A stretch of DNA of 64,000 bases from Camelus dromedarius (taxonomy: Eukaryota). A program made the position numbers and the translations under genes. The stretch spans positions 9,612,001 through 9,676,000 of the forward strand of contig NC_087438.1 of the NCBI RefSeq assembly GCF_036321535.1, read 5' to 3'. Under the pieces are notes generated by a model, which saw only the letters and a program-made list of their open reading frames with translations, was not told where the DNA came from and did no database searches. This document shows positions 41,565 through 55,191 of this stretch, piece after piece. Position 1 is the first letter of the stretch, and each line of letters starts with the position of its first letter.

Positions 41565-42240
41565 GCTCATTTGGTGTTAGTTTCCTACAAAGCTAAACTA
41601 GTCTTACCATATGATCCAGCAATTACACTCTTAGTTACAGCATTTACTTAAATGAGTAGAAAACAAAAATCTGAACATGAATGTTTATAGCAGTTTTATT
41701 CATAATCATCAAAAACTGGAGTCAAACAAAATGTCCCTTAATGGGTGAATAGACAAACTCTGGTACATCCATATAATGGAGTATTATTCAGTTAGATGGA
41801 GTATTATTCAGTTCGATGGAATATTATTCAATGATAAAAACAAATGATCTGTGAAGCTATGAACAGATATGGGTGAATATTAAATGCACTTTGTTATGTG
41901 AAATAATTCAGTCTGAAAGGTCTATGATTCCAATCATATGATGTTCTGCAAAAAGCAAAATTATAGAGATGGTAAAAGATCAGTGGTTTCCAGGGATTTG
42001 AGGGGAGGATGGAAGAATTGAATAGGTGAAGCACAGGAGATTTTTTTACGTGGTGAAAAAAGCTTACATAATCCCTTTATGTATTTGTCAAAACGCATAG
42101 ACTTCAACAGCACCGAGCAGTGAATTTTAAGGATATGCAAATTTTAAAACGTCATTGATGAATATTGTAGTATCAGCATTAAAACTGAGTGTTGACACAG
42201 GGGCATGTAAAGGAGGAAACAGTATTTATTGTAGAAGCTG
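41565..42240 (+). mobile_element. Old L1 (L1MB/MC-like) 3' region
   Basis: cttaccatatgatccagcaattacactc, aatgtttatagcagttttattcataat, tggtacatccatataatggagtattattcag, gcaaaattatagagatggtaaaagatcagtggtttccaggg. Confidence 0.85.
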
Positions 42241-42242
42241 TG

Positions 42243-42757
42243 TGTGGTAGGCGGCCTCCAACATGGCCCACATGATCCCCACCTCTTGATATTCATGCTT
42301 TGTGCAATTGCTTTATTTTGCTTGTTGGCAGGACATAATGACCCACTTCTAATGAGTAAAATACTACAAATGTGATGAGATAGGTCTTCCAAGTTTAGGT
42401 TACAAGAACACTGTGGCTTCCATCTTGCTCACTCCAATCACTCTGAGAAAAGCCAGCTAACACATTGTGAGCTGTCCTATGGAAGGACCCCATGACAAGG
42501 AACTGATGGCTCCAGACAACATCAAGCAAGGGCCTGATTCACAGGAGGGAACTTGGAAGTGGATCCTCATCCAGCCCAGCCGTGAGGTGACTGCAGCTCC
42601 AGCTGACACTTTATGCAGTCATGTGAGAGACCCATAGCACTGAGATGAGCTGCAGCTGGATTTCTGACTCATAGAAAAGGTGAGATAATAAATGTACATT
42701 GTTTTAAGCTGCTAAATTTTAAGCTAATTGATTATATAGCAGTAGATAACTAATATA
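42243..42757 (+). mobile_element. MaLR solo LTR (MLT1F-like)
   Basis: tgtggtaggcggcctccaacatggcccc...; end gttttaagctgctaaatttt...gcagtagataactaatata. Confidence 0.85.
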
Positions 42758-42764
42758 TAATGTC

Positions 42765-42925
42765 AGGTGTTTTAGATACATTTCTTCTCATTTAATCCTC
42801 ATAATAAACTTATGGAATACACATTATAGTCAATTTTCCTGATAAGGAAATGAAGTCTTAGGAGATTATACAATCTGTCCAAAAATTCATGGTTAGTGAG
42901 TAGCAAGAGTCGCATTCAGATCTTT
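42765..42925 (-). mobile_element. MIR SINE relic
   Basis: ctcatttaatcctcataataaac...gataaggaaatgaagtcttagggagatta. Confidence 0.7.
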
Positions 42926-44605
42926 GCTTCTTTAGTAAAATATGAACTAAGTGAACACTGAGGAGAAAGGAGAGTGCTCAGGAACCACCACGCAAAGGCT
43001 GTTCTATTCCAGTAGATACTGGGAAAACGTAGGCGATGACAGCCAGTTCACCACACACATAGGACTCATCATCATAAAAGTAACTTCTTTTTTCTTTCTT
43101 AAGGGATCTCTCTCTGTCTCTCTAGAGCTGCTCAGCTGGGCTGTCCTTCTCTAGAAAGAAGACTCTGCTGAATCTTGTAACATTTTTGTTCACTCTTAAT
43201 AGAAATGACTGCGTTGTCCCAGACACAATCTTAATTCAGTGATTAAAATCTTCAGACTAATACATTGATCAACCCTTCAACCTTCATTCAGATGTAATAT
43301 CCCACCCTCCTCTCTAGATGCAGAAGGGGCTGCCTGGTCCCTGGGGCTAGCATGTGATTGACACGTCTCTCTACCCTGTGGACCTCTGCCCCCACATACT
43401 AGCTCATAGTTCTGATCCTGTAGGGTTGGAGAGGGTGGGGGTATAAAAAAATTCTTGATGATTGGAAGAATCCATCCTTGTCTAGTACTGTCATGAGATG
43501 GTTCAAGGATTTCTGGACCTAACAGCTACCTAAAGATGACTCTTCTCAGAGCACTTTCTCCAGAGTCTCCTGTGGGCTCTGCCTGTAGCATCTTTGACAG
43601 GAGCTGGACCTCACTTTCAGCTGGCTTCTCCCCCTCCCCAGTCAGCCTCTATCCCGGCAATACACTCCCCAACATTTCACTTGAGTCCCCACTCTCATAT
43701 TTGTTCCCTTGGGCAGAACCCCTTTCAAACCACACCAGGCTGACACTCCTGCTCAGAGGGGAAGTGTCATCTATTCTATGGAAATAAACTTCTTTAGCTT
43801 CCTCAGCAGGAGTCAGGCACCATCCTGCTATGTCCTCCAACTGCAGGGGATGTGTAGCAAGGACTCTTCGTGGCCCCGTTGAAGTACTGTTCTTCAGTCT
43901 TGAAGATCTCCCCATCCCTGCCATTGAAGGAAGGTGGAACTTACAGTTCATCTCTCTCCAATAATATCCTCAGAATCATCTCGTAACTTCAGTAACTCAT
44001 CAAAACCTTCCTTATGAGTGAAGAATTTCTGAGTTGTAAAGCTGATTCTCTGATGTTTCCTTTGAAAATCTGCTTATGGTCTAAAAGCCTTGCTGAAGCT
44101 TCAATTTTAACATCAAGTTACAGCACAAGCAGAGTTTTGTTTTAGGGGGATTCATCTAGTGTGTACAGATGAGACTGAAGTTTGAAGGCACTGAAGGAGA
44201 GAGCTTTGAGAAGCCGCTATTAAATTATCTAAGTCTATATACAAGTGAGGTCTGAACTAGGGCAGTTGTAGTGGGAGTAAAATTAGGAAGAATGTCTCAA
44301 GAGTCATGGTGGAAGTAGATCAATAGGAACCGAATGAATGTGAATACGAAAAAAAAAAGACTTGAGAACTGGAAGAGAAGTTTGGTCAATTATAGAAATC
44401 AGAATTCAGAAGGAGTGTGTTTAAAGGGGAAAGGAGATAATCCAGCATGAGGCTCTTTCGGCACTGTTGCAATATTAGGTAGATATGAGCATCAGGAAAT
44501 TAGAGAATGAGACTCCGAAGTCAAACTGAGGTCCAGCATCATCTGCAGAAAGGCCATTGTTGAACCCATAGTAGTCATAAGACTAACATTAGAAAGTATT
44601 CAACA

Positions 44606-44740
44606 GGAGGAAGGGTATAGCTCAGTGGTAGAATGCCTGCCTGGCATGCACAAGGTCCTGGGTTCAATTCCCAGTACCTCCATTAAAAATAAATAAGTAA
44701 ATAAACTTAATTATTCCCATCCCCAAAAAATAATGAGGAA
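44606..44740 (+). mobile_element. tRNA-derived SINE, camelid Vic-1-type
   Basis: Pol III A box (tagctcagtgg) and B box (ggttcaattcc), then an AT-rich tail. 15-bp TSD agaaagtattcaaca (44591-44605) / agaaaatattcaaca (44741-44755). Confidence 0.85.
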
Positions 44741-45037
44741 AGAAAATATTCAACAATAGAAACCTATGACTGAGAAAAAGGAAGAAATAGACCCCTGCAA
44801 CTGTCAAGAAAACTCAAGAAAGTGGAAACCCATGAAAAGACTGGACTTTAATAAGATGTCGTCATTAGAATCAAAAGCTGAAGACAAGTTAAGAAAGGAA
44901 TTACTAAATATAGCTTCAGGAAAATATCCATCACCAGAGATTTTTCCATAGAGTGTTGAAACCAAGCCCAAATTCCAAAGGTTGGAGATTGAATTAACTG
45001 TTAAAAAGTGGAGGCAACAAGTATAGAATAATCTTGG

Positions 45038-46457
45038 ATAAAATTGCATCAAAAAAATAAATAAAATAAAATACTTAGGAATAAATCTGACCAAGGAGGT
45101 AAAAAACTTACATGCAGAGAACTACAAAACACTGTTTAAGGAAGTTAGAGATGATTTAAAGAAATGGAAAGATACCTATGCTCTTGGATTAGAAGAACTA
45201 ATATTGTTTAAATGTCCATTCTACCCAAAGCAATCTACAGATTTAATATGATCCCTATCAAATTACCCAGGAGATTTTTCACAGAACTAGAACAAATAAT
45301 CCTGAAATTTATATAGAATCAAAAAAGATCCAGAATGACCAAAGTAATACTGAAGAAAAAGAACAAGGCTCAAGGCATAACCCTCCCAGACTTTAGACAA
45401 TACTACAGAGCTACAGTAATGGAAACAGTATGGTAGTGGCAGAAAAACAGACATGTGGATCAGTGGAACAGAACTGAGAACCCAGAAATAAACCCACACA
45501 CCTACAGTCAATTATTCTTCAACAAATGAGGCAAGAATATACAATGGAAAAAAGACAGTCTATTCAGCAAATGGTGTTGGGAAAGCAGGACAGCCACATG
45601 TTTATCAGTGAAGTTAGAATACAACCTCATACCATATACAAAAATAAACTCCAAAAGGCTTAAAGACTTAAACATAAGACAAGACACTATAAAACTCTTA
45701 GAGGAAAACATAGGCAAAATATTCTCTGACATAAATCTTAGAATTGTTCTCCCAGGGCAATCTACCTAGGCAATAGAAATAAAAGCAAAGATAAAATAAA
45801 TAGCACTTAATTAAACTTATAAGCTTTTGCGCAGCAAAGGAGACCATGAGCAAAACAAAAAGACAACCTACAGAATGGGAGAAAATATTTGCAAATGATG
45901 TGACTGACAAGGACTTAATTTCCAGAATATATAAACAGTTCATACAACTTAACTACAAAACAACAAACAACCCAATCCAAAAATGGGCAGAAGACCTAAA
46001 CAAGCAATTCTCCAATGAAGACATACAAATGGCTGATAAGCACATAAAAAAATGCTCAATATAGCTAATTATCAGAAAAATGTAAATCAAAACTACAATA
46101 AGGTATCACCTCACGCCAGTCAGAATGGTCATCATTAAAAAGTCCACTAACAATAAATACTGGAGAGGATGTGGAGAAGAGGGAACCCTCCTACCATTGG
46201 TGAGAATGTAGTTTGGTGCAGCCATTATGCAAAATAGTATGGAGACTGCTTTAAAAACTAAAAATAAACTTACCCTATGATCCAGCAATCCCACTCCTGG
46301 GCATGTATCTGGAGGAAGCTTTAATTTGAAAAGACACCTGCACCCCAGTGTTCATAGCAGCATTATTTACAATAACCAAGATGTAGAAGCAACCTAAATA
46401 TCCATTAACAGATGATTAGATAAAGAAGTTGTGAGATAGATAGATATAGATATAGAC

Positions 46458-46508
<51 letters not shown>

Positions 46509-46993
46509 TAAAACAATGGAATACTACTCAGCCATAAAAAAGAATGAAATAATGCCATTTGCAACATTATGGATGGACTTAGAGATTATCATACTAAGTG
46601 AAGTAAGTCAGATAGACAAAGACAAATATCATATGATATCACTTACATGTGGAATCTTTAAAAATGACACAAATGAACTTATTTATAAAACAGAAACAGA
46701 CTCACAGTCATAGAAAACAAACTTATGATTACCAAAGGGAAAGGGGTTAGGGAGGAGGGATAAACTAGGAGTTCGGGACTACCAGATACCAACTACTATA
46801 TATATAAAATAGATAAACAGCTAGGTCCTGTAGTATAACACAGGGAACTATATTCCATATCTTATAGTAACCTATAATCAAAAAGAATATAAAAAGGAAT
46901 ATGAGTGTGTACATATATGACTGAAACATTATGCTGTACACCAGAAATTGACACAATATTGTAAACTAAGTGTACTTCAATTTAAAAACAAAC
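45038..46993 (+). mobile_element. 5'-truncated lineage-specific L1 (ORF2 C-terminal part plus 3'UTR), disrupted
   Basis: ORF2 peptides [13 protein letters not shown]...[13 protein letters not shown] and MEYYSAIKKNEIMPFA...WMDLEIIILSEVSQ, with frameshifts and stops. TSD tagaataatcttgg at 45024-45037 and 46994-47007. Confidence 0.95.
46435..46510 (+). repeat. Compound microsatellite (GATA / CATATA)n inside L1
   Basis: gatagatagatatagatatagac followed by about 8 CATATA units. Confidence 0.9.
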
Positions 46994-47587
46994 TAGAATA
47001 ATCTTGGGGAATTTGTCATTGAACAAGAAGAGGTTCTTTTGAGAAGACAGAAGAATTTAAGGGACATTTTAAAATTTTGACATTTTTATAGGCAAAGGGG
47101 AAGAAGCAAAAGGGAAGGGAGCTAACAGGAAATGAGGTCCCCCAAACATGCAGCAGGACAGAAGGACAGGCACAGAGAAATGGGCTGCCCTTAAGACAAC
47201 AGACAGTCACTTCTAAACTGAAGAACATAAAAGGAAATATAGGGGGAAAGCCTGAGATGCAAAAAGGACAGTTGAGAGAGACTAAATTAGACAGTTTTAA
47301 ACTTTTGATAAAGTAGAAAGTGAAATCGTCTTAGGGAATGATGGGGTTGGTTTCTTGCAAAAAAATAGAAAGTTTTGAAGCCATCACTACATGGGATGTT
47401 ATTTTTAAAACAGAGAAGCAGTAAGATACTAATAAAGGATTGCTCATCCAAATTTGCATTTCAGTCAAAACTAAACTCTGCTTCCTCACCACTCATTGCA
47501 TTACTAATGTAATTTTTTAAGGTTAAGTAATTGGCATTTGGTTGTGACTTTCTCCAGAAGTGCTTACCAATTCAAGAAGTGCAGAGA

Positions 47588-47751
47588 ATAAGCAATAAGG
47601 ATTTAATGCACAGCACAGAGAACTATATTTGATATCTTGTAAAAACCTATGATGGAAAATAGTCTGAAATATACCTATATGAAACTGAATCATTTTGCTG
47701 TACACCTGAAACTAACACGATATTGTAAGTCAACTATACTTCATTTTTTTT
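47588..47751 (+). mobile_element. Short L1 3'-end insertion
   Basis: gcacagagaactatatt...gctgtacacctgaaactaacacgatattgtaagtcaactatacttc. TSD aagtgcagaga at 47577-47587 and 47752-47762. Confidence 0.85.
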
Positions 47752-48809
47752 AAGTGCAGAGAGAGCAGATAGCGCATTACCCTGGGCAGGCACTTGGCAT
47801 AGTAGTTGTGGATGTAGGTCAGGGTCGGGAGAGAGCCCAGAGTGAAGACAGAGCAGTCTTTAAGTGCCGACCACTGGTCATGAAAGCGGACAATAAGTAT
47901 AGAGGTAGAGGGATGCTGGATGGAGGTAGAAAGGCAACAGATAAGAACCAGGAAGAGGAGTCCTGAAAGATGTCAGGGTTCCTCATGTTGGTGGAATACA
48001 GACATGAAAAACAAGCTGAGAGTTATCAAACAATAACAAAGACTAAGAAGGCTGAATTTGTAGCTACTACTATGGGGAAGCTTTTGTCCAACCCCTAATT
48101 TTTCCATCCAGGTGGTCTGTCCACCATATGTGTTCACTCTGCCTCACCAGAGGTGGTGTGACTTTCCTGTTAGCTGAATCGGGAAGAAAAAGTTGAGAGT
48201 GCTTAGATCAGCTTCTCTCTCCTTCCTCTAAGGTGCTAGCTCCCAGAGGAAAAACACCAACCCTGCTGCTATTTCATGGATGGAGCCAGCTGGCGTCAAG
48301 CATCTTCTGCAACTGGGCGAGTAATTGTAACCAGTCCTGGGATTTTAGTCCATTTGACTTTCACACTAAGCTACATCTTCAAGCTTGGCTGTTATTAATC
48401 ATTTCACCCTCCATCTGCCATCGGGAGAGAGGAGAGAAAAGGGAACTTTTTCTTGAAGCTTCTGAGAGACCATAACAGCTCACTGAAACCTCCTGATGTC
48501 TGGAATGCTTCTGGCTTATTTCAGTTATAAGCTGAATCTATAAAAGAAACCTACTTAAAAATCTTTCTTGCTCCTTTCCATGCCTACTTCATGCATGTCA
48601 TGAGCTTAGTCTGGGAGTCATGACTGTTTAGTTCTCTAAGGAATGGTCATCCATTCCTGACAATACAGAACATCTAACCCAGCCCTGAAGAATAAATTGG
48701 ATCCAACACCACTAGCTGAGGAAAGCTTGCCAGTGACAGAAAATTATAACTTCAGACTGGTTCTTGAGAAAAAAAAAAAATGTGTGAAGAAGAATTAAAA
48801 TTGGTCACA

Positions 48810-48944
48810 ATTTTTTAACATTTTTTATAGATTTATAATCATTTTACAATGTTGTGTCAAATTCCAGTGTAGAGCACAATTTTTCAGTTATACATGAACA
48901 TATATATATTCATTGTCACATTTTTTTCTCTATGAGCTACCATA
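48810..48944 (-). mobile_element. Short L1 3'-end insertion
   Basis: ttacaatgttgtgtcaaattccagtgtagagcacaatttttcagttatacatg is the reverse of an L1 tail. TSD aaaattggtcaca at 48797-48809 and 48945-48957. Confidence 0.85.
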
Positions 48945-51344
48945 AAAATTGGTCACATTTTTTTAGATCAAAATAAAATATTGAGTCTAGAAGGTTAAAA
49001 AAAATAAAAAAGAATGGACCTAAGGTATTTAAATTTGATGTAATAAATTTTAAAAAAATTTCACAATTTAAATTCCAATTCCCTGTATAGGTACCTATTA
49101 AGGCCCTTGCTTTGGATACATGAATTTATAAATATGCAAAGATCACACTTGCCATGGCCCCAGTTCCATGTTAGGAAACAACTTTTACGTGACTGTCTTT
49201 ATTTCTAACTACAAAGGTATAAATTCCAATCCAATGCTTAAATTAAGTTTGTATTATATGTATGAGTCTTTGAAAACCCTGTTTCTGCCAATGAAATTGT
49301 TGCCATAGTAACTAATGCACATCCAAAGAGGGAATAAATGTGCACCAATTTTTTTTTCCACTTAAAAGGTAAAAATTAAACTAAATAACAACAGATCATG
49401 GCCATTTCATTAAAAGGTTGTTCTCTCACATATAGTGTTACAAATCTCACACATCTTTGAAACAGAGAAATAATACTCTTTCCCACCTCTGTGTGCTCAC
49501 ACTCAAGGACAAAGAATAAACAGTCCTTGAACAGAGCACTGAGAGATTCATGAAGGACTCACTAAGCAAACGTAATGTGAAGTAAATGATTGCAATGCAT
49601 GCTGTATCTTAAATATCTTTTGTTTTGTGACATAACTAATTCAATAATAATAATGATAATAATAGTAATAAACATAGTCACCTCATACATAAGGGAAACA
49701 CATACACAGAATATTTAGATAATAAAATTATATTAAATTTTATTTAAACTCTAAATTTCAGGGGTTTACAAGAGACCCTGGACCACAAAAAATAATTATA
49801 TTCAGCATATATCACAGAACATCCATAAATTAATTTTTTTGACCTTAATTTGTTTTGCTGCTGTTTTTATATAAAAAAAATTTACAAAATATTTTTAATT
49901 GAGCTTAATAAACCATTTTTTCTCTAGTCATGTTGAATCATTGTGGTATGAAAGGAAAAACGAAGTTTATAAATTTCCACATAATAGATTTTCTATTGTT
50001 AAAGTTTACTGACTTATATAAGATAAAATGAGGGAGCCAGAGAAAATGTTAGAATTTAGATTTTTGTTAATTGAACATGTCCTTCTGTAAGAGCCCACAG
50101 TAAACAAATAAATTTGGTGCTAACCCTGAGATTTAATGAAAACATAGAGTCTTTCCAAAGCCCAGTATTAATTCTTTCATTTGATCTCTTCACTGCTATC
50201 TATGTTTTATCATTTTCTTTTCTTCCATTTAGAAATAATATCTCCAACAAATATTAGAGGCATTATGCTTTATATTTTCTGTAACCCCCCAACTTTAAAA
50301 TCTGTGGAATAAAGATATATATACTTCCTAGTAATCACTCTTGTTGGCACATGCAACAAGGAAATAAATAATGTGAAAAAACAGAAATAGGAGAAAATAA
50401 AATTGCATATCAAAGGGTGTGAAAATATCATCTATCTTTTATTAACAACTCTAGGATAGGAGACAGAGTTCTTTAAACCAAATATTATAGGTACAAATTC
50501 AGACACTAAAGCAATGATAAAATAATATAACACAAAGAGAAATTAGATTTAGATACCAAACAGATGGGTGATACACAGCCGTTCCCAGAACAGATGCTAT
50601 AACAATAATTGTTGAATAGTCTTTGGAAATATTTAGGCAACTGCTTTCCATTTATTGAATGAACTGTATTTAAGATTTAACTTTCATAAATATTGCTACT
50701 GCATTCCTGCATGTGCTTATTGGCCAATCTGAAATGCAATGAATTGAACATTTATTTCAAAATATCTGTGGCTTTTAACAATAAAGACATTCAACCTCAT
50801 GGACACTGCTGTCATTATCAGATTATGTTCCTAAATGATCACAGTTGGCCATAGCTTTCCTGGGAATGATTCTACCCTAAATGCGGTTGATTTCTATACA
50901 CAGCATTCATTTGGAGTGATCGATGCCTTCCAATGCCATGTGAAAACCATGTACCTTGGCTCCGCTTTGGGGCAACCCAATCCATCAGAATCCAGCCAAG
51001 CCCAGAAGACATTTTGGGTTTTGCCATGCATGCTGGAGAACTGACAGCTGATTGAGAACCAAAGCTGCATTTTAATGAGTCTCCTTGGTCTTGAATCCAT
51101 CACTGCCAGACTGACAAACATCAAAACTCAGCACCCTCCATTAGAAACTATTTAACCTGACGTCTGCCTGGTGTCAAGAAATGCCAGCCTGGAAGTTTGT
51201 AATAATGAAAACTTGTTTAGCTAAGCTGTGAGGTCGAGTAACACATCTGCCTCGCCAATGAGAACCTTGAGGATTGAGGCATTATACACTGGCTTTCCAT
51301 TACTTTTAGCAAGTATAAGTAATTATTAAAATTGTGGTTTTTAC

Positions 51345-51460
51345 TATTGAATGTAAGAGGCCCAAGGATGTATTGTATAACATGGGGAATATAGCCAATA
51401 TTTTGTAATAACTGTAAATGGTAAGTAAACTTTAAAATTGCAATAAAAATTTTAAAATCA
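51345..51460 (+). mobile_element. Short artiodactyl-type L1 3' fragment
   Basis: caaggatgtattgtataacatggggaatatagccaatattttgtaataactgtaaatgg. Confidence 0.7.
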
Positions 51461-54400
51461 TTTAAACTTTTTTAAATTGGGATTTTTTTAGGGTTATCGA
51501 GATCTAAACACTGAGTACAGAAACAAAACATAAAAACCTATACATGTAAACTAGTTGTGTGGAAATTGGTATTTCCAGAAACAAACACAAATTCACTCAG
51601 AACACAGCACAGGCCTATCCAGGTGGCCTGGATACTAAAGCAAAATTGCCCTTTTACAGTAGAGACAACTATTGTTGGTAATCTAGTGATGGGGTGAGAT
51701 CACCCACCATCCTAGCTGCATGGTCTCTAGGATGTGTGGAGAGACACACGTACTGGTCACCAACATCGAAGTGCTAATGTGCTTCTGAGTATGGCCCAGC
51801 CCTTGCAGGTGGCAGGAGCTGTGATTACTCTGGACAAGGCATTATGTGTAAGAATGAAGTTTGCCACATTCTGGCTTGAGGCACGTAAGGCTGGGTATAG
51901 GTTTTCTACACTCTTATCCCCTGCTATAGTAATCCACATTTTGAGATTCCAGTGCCATAAAACAGTGTTGCTTTTGTAAGTCTGGGTCTCTGAGCACCAC
52001 CAACAGCCAACAGTACATATCAGGAATGTTCTAGAAAATAGTAGTAGGTGATGTCTGACTACAAGCGTTGTGATGAGCACTCAAGGCAATGGTTACATCA
52101 AGAGCTCTATGGTGAAAAGAAGATGTAGGGCCTCATCCATTGAACCTTTCTGAAGCAGAACTTCCTGAACGGGTGTATAAGACTTCACAACTGGAACAGA
52201 GAATTGCAGCAAGGGGGTGAGGTCACAAAAACAAGAGAGGTGCTCGTTTATCTGAATGGAGACACAATACAAGGACCATCTAAGCTGCTGAAACAAGTCT
52301 CTGAAAACTGCCTGTGACGAAGGACAAGCCTTTTACCAAGGCCTGGGAAGGGGAGAAAAGTAAATCCCAGCTCTGAACAAAGAAGCTTATTCTGAGGTAG
52401 AAAACTGATTCAAAAATTTCAATGGAAAAGTTTAAACAAGGTGATCTTATGATGATCAATTCAATGTTTATTATCAAAATGGTCAAAATTTAAAAAAGAA
52501 AAAGAAGCATTCTGTGCTCAAATTGAATTGTACCAATAAAAATGAACACAAATCCTGGTACAGGACGCTCAAACTCCCCTTAGGATAAGTGGGGTAAAGT
52601 AGGGGTCCTGGAGCATGTATTTTTTTTAGTGCTCAAATAAAATTATGGGGAGCCAATCCTCTCTCATCCTGGGTTGATTCTCATAGACCATGGTGTCCTA
52701 AACGGGAAAGAGCTTCAGGCAGCAAGAGTTTGTTCAAAGCCAGATTTGTGCCAAGGATACTTCGTCTACTGGCATTAAATAAGTCTCTTAGCCCTCCCAT
52801 CTACAAAGTTTTTCACAGAAATTTAATGTCTTCACTATCAACAATCAATTATATCATTTGGTAACATTTAATAGAATAGTGTTAGTCAGTGAAAATCGGT
52901 TCATAAGATTTCTTTCTGTTTCCACACACTTAAAAAAAATCTATTTTCAAAAGCATGTCTGACTGCTTTTTGAAATACAGGAATGTGTGAAGTAAAAGAA
53001 TGCCTTTACGTATTGGCTTTGGCAAAAACAAACAGAAGCCTCCATTCTGGTGCAAAAATGCATGAATTTTGTTTTAGCCAATGAGCCTAGACATGCCAAG
53101 AAAGAAAATCAGAAATAACAAAGTAAATTTAGATTTAGACTTTGTCCAGATACAAATGGGTTTTGCTAAATTTGGAGTCATGAATAGAACTCAGCAAAGC
53201 ACCCATATCAGTCTTTGAGGTACTAAATCAGCAATTTGACAGATGTGTTTTCTTTACAAATTTGCTCTGTCATGTTATAGATAGAACCATATCTAGTTTT
53301 ATGAATCAAGCTTCAGATGATTTACAAAAGAAGAAAAGGATTGCCAGCGAGGAAGACACCCTGAGATTTATGAAGAAGAGGTATACGTGAAAAGAAATTG
53401 GAAATCCATAGGAAACTAAGTCTTGTGACCAGTAGATCAAATATTTTCTGGACATATATTTTGACCGTTATCTTGCCCAAATAACCACCAAATGGTGAAC
53501 TCATTTTGATCATTGAAGCAAATGTAAGAAGCTGTTAATCAGCTGGTTAAGACAATAATCAACTTATAAATAATCAAGCTTTTGATGTATTATTACATTT
53601 AGACAGACTAGATCCATGTAAAAAAAAAATGGTTTGATTTGATCAACTAGTCAAGAAAATATTTAAAGTCATTTAAAGAAGTTCTTGTAGTATGTGTTCT
53701 TTTAGTGATTTAGTTAAAAAGAGTTAACTTCTTCTACTCTTTATGAATTTATGCAATATTTTATATCTCTGTCTTTCAAGCATAAACATTAAACTGTCAC
53801 TTTGGTTGTTCAATAACCTGATGGCAAGCATATACACATGGTCATGCACATCTTATACACATGGAACTTTAAAATAACATCCCACTTAAATCAATAGTGT
53901 AAAATTTATTGATTTAATTCCATCTTGAGGAGAAGGAAAAATGAACAGTGGTGTTTTCTTACAACTTATCATTGTTCATACAGAGTTTCAAATTTGTTCA
54001 TGTTATGTTTATATTTCATTATGTTATAATGAAATCCATCTACTTTATGTCAAACTGATAAACAAGTAGGCATGGGAAATTTCAAAGGAAACAGATCATT
54101 TTCAAAAAGCCTATAGATGAAAACATCAGAAAATATTTTGTGGTTAAAGAATTCAAGAACACTAAACTCTTCTAAAACCATATAGGTTATTTTTTCTAAT
54201 TATCACAGTATCAAAATACTTGGGATTTTATTCAAATTTCATATTTTTGAAATATATGGGTGCATATGTGTTGTGCATACAGACCCACACTCAATTATAC
54301 ACCTTCACCTGGCACACTCTGTTGCCACAAGCTTCTTAAGCAAAGTGAAATTAATTTACCAGAAATGTTCTGGAATATCATCAAATCATAAAAAATATAA

Positions 54401-55191
54401 GTAATATAAAATAATAATAATATAAAAATAAAATTAACTACCAACTAAAATACTGAGGTATCTGACAGATGCAACCTTCTCACAAAGTTGAATTTCCTCT
54501 TCCCTGTAAGTGGGTAGCTTAGTAGCCATTTTCAGGTGGAACATCACTGAGAACACAGATGGGGAAGGACAGCCAGATGGAGTCCCTGAATTGAAGCTGA
54601 GAATCACCTTCCCCTTGGGGTTCTCTCACAGATCAGAGCTGCATCTTGGTTCTGAGTACACAAGTGGGGTTTCTCCTTATTTTATATCAGCCTAATCTGA
54701 GAAAACTCATACCTTTTCCTTGCTTCTAGCTGAGACAAGGCTGGAGTGCCAAAGGTTTTATTAAGATCAGAGGAGAAAACAAAAGGGAAATTAACAGACG
54801 GCCATAAATTCAGGCAATCTGACTTGCCGGGTGAAATAAGAGATTGAGTCCCTTAGGCCTTTCTAAGTATAGGAGGCTGGAGTCTTTGGATATATATTTC
54901 AGAGAAGACCCTGATCTGAAACTACAGTAGGTTCAACTGACCATCATAGGCCTCAACAGGATTACCCCATCCTATTCCATGGAGAATTAAAACCTTCCAT
55001 TTAAAGAATGGTCAAATTTAATTTTTTTAATGAATTCTGCTGTAACAATTTTAATCTACATTCATTCTTTTGCCCTCTGACTTCTTAATCCACAAATTAT
55101 GTATATGCTCATTTTGATATTTAATTCTAGATTTTACTAAATGATATTATAATTGTTTGATTAATTTTTTCAACAAGAAATGACAACAAGC

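Larger units (their letters stand above)
44150..47400 (-). mobile_element. Fragmented L2 relic hosting the SINE and L1 below
   Basis: L2-like tracts (gtgaggtctgaactagggcagttgtagtgg; gtggaggcaacaagtataga) continue on both sides of the younger insertions. Confidence 0.5.

Noticed and set aside
44606..44682. tRNA gene (A and B boxes, tRNA-like head)
   Set aside because: It has an AT-rich tail and a 15-bp TSD and no proper acceptor stem, so it is a SINE.
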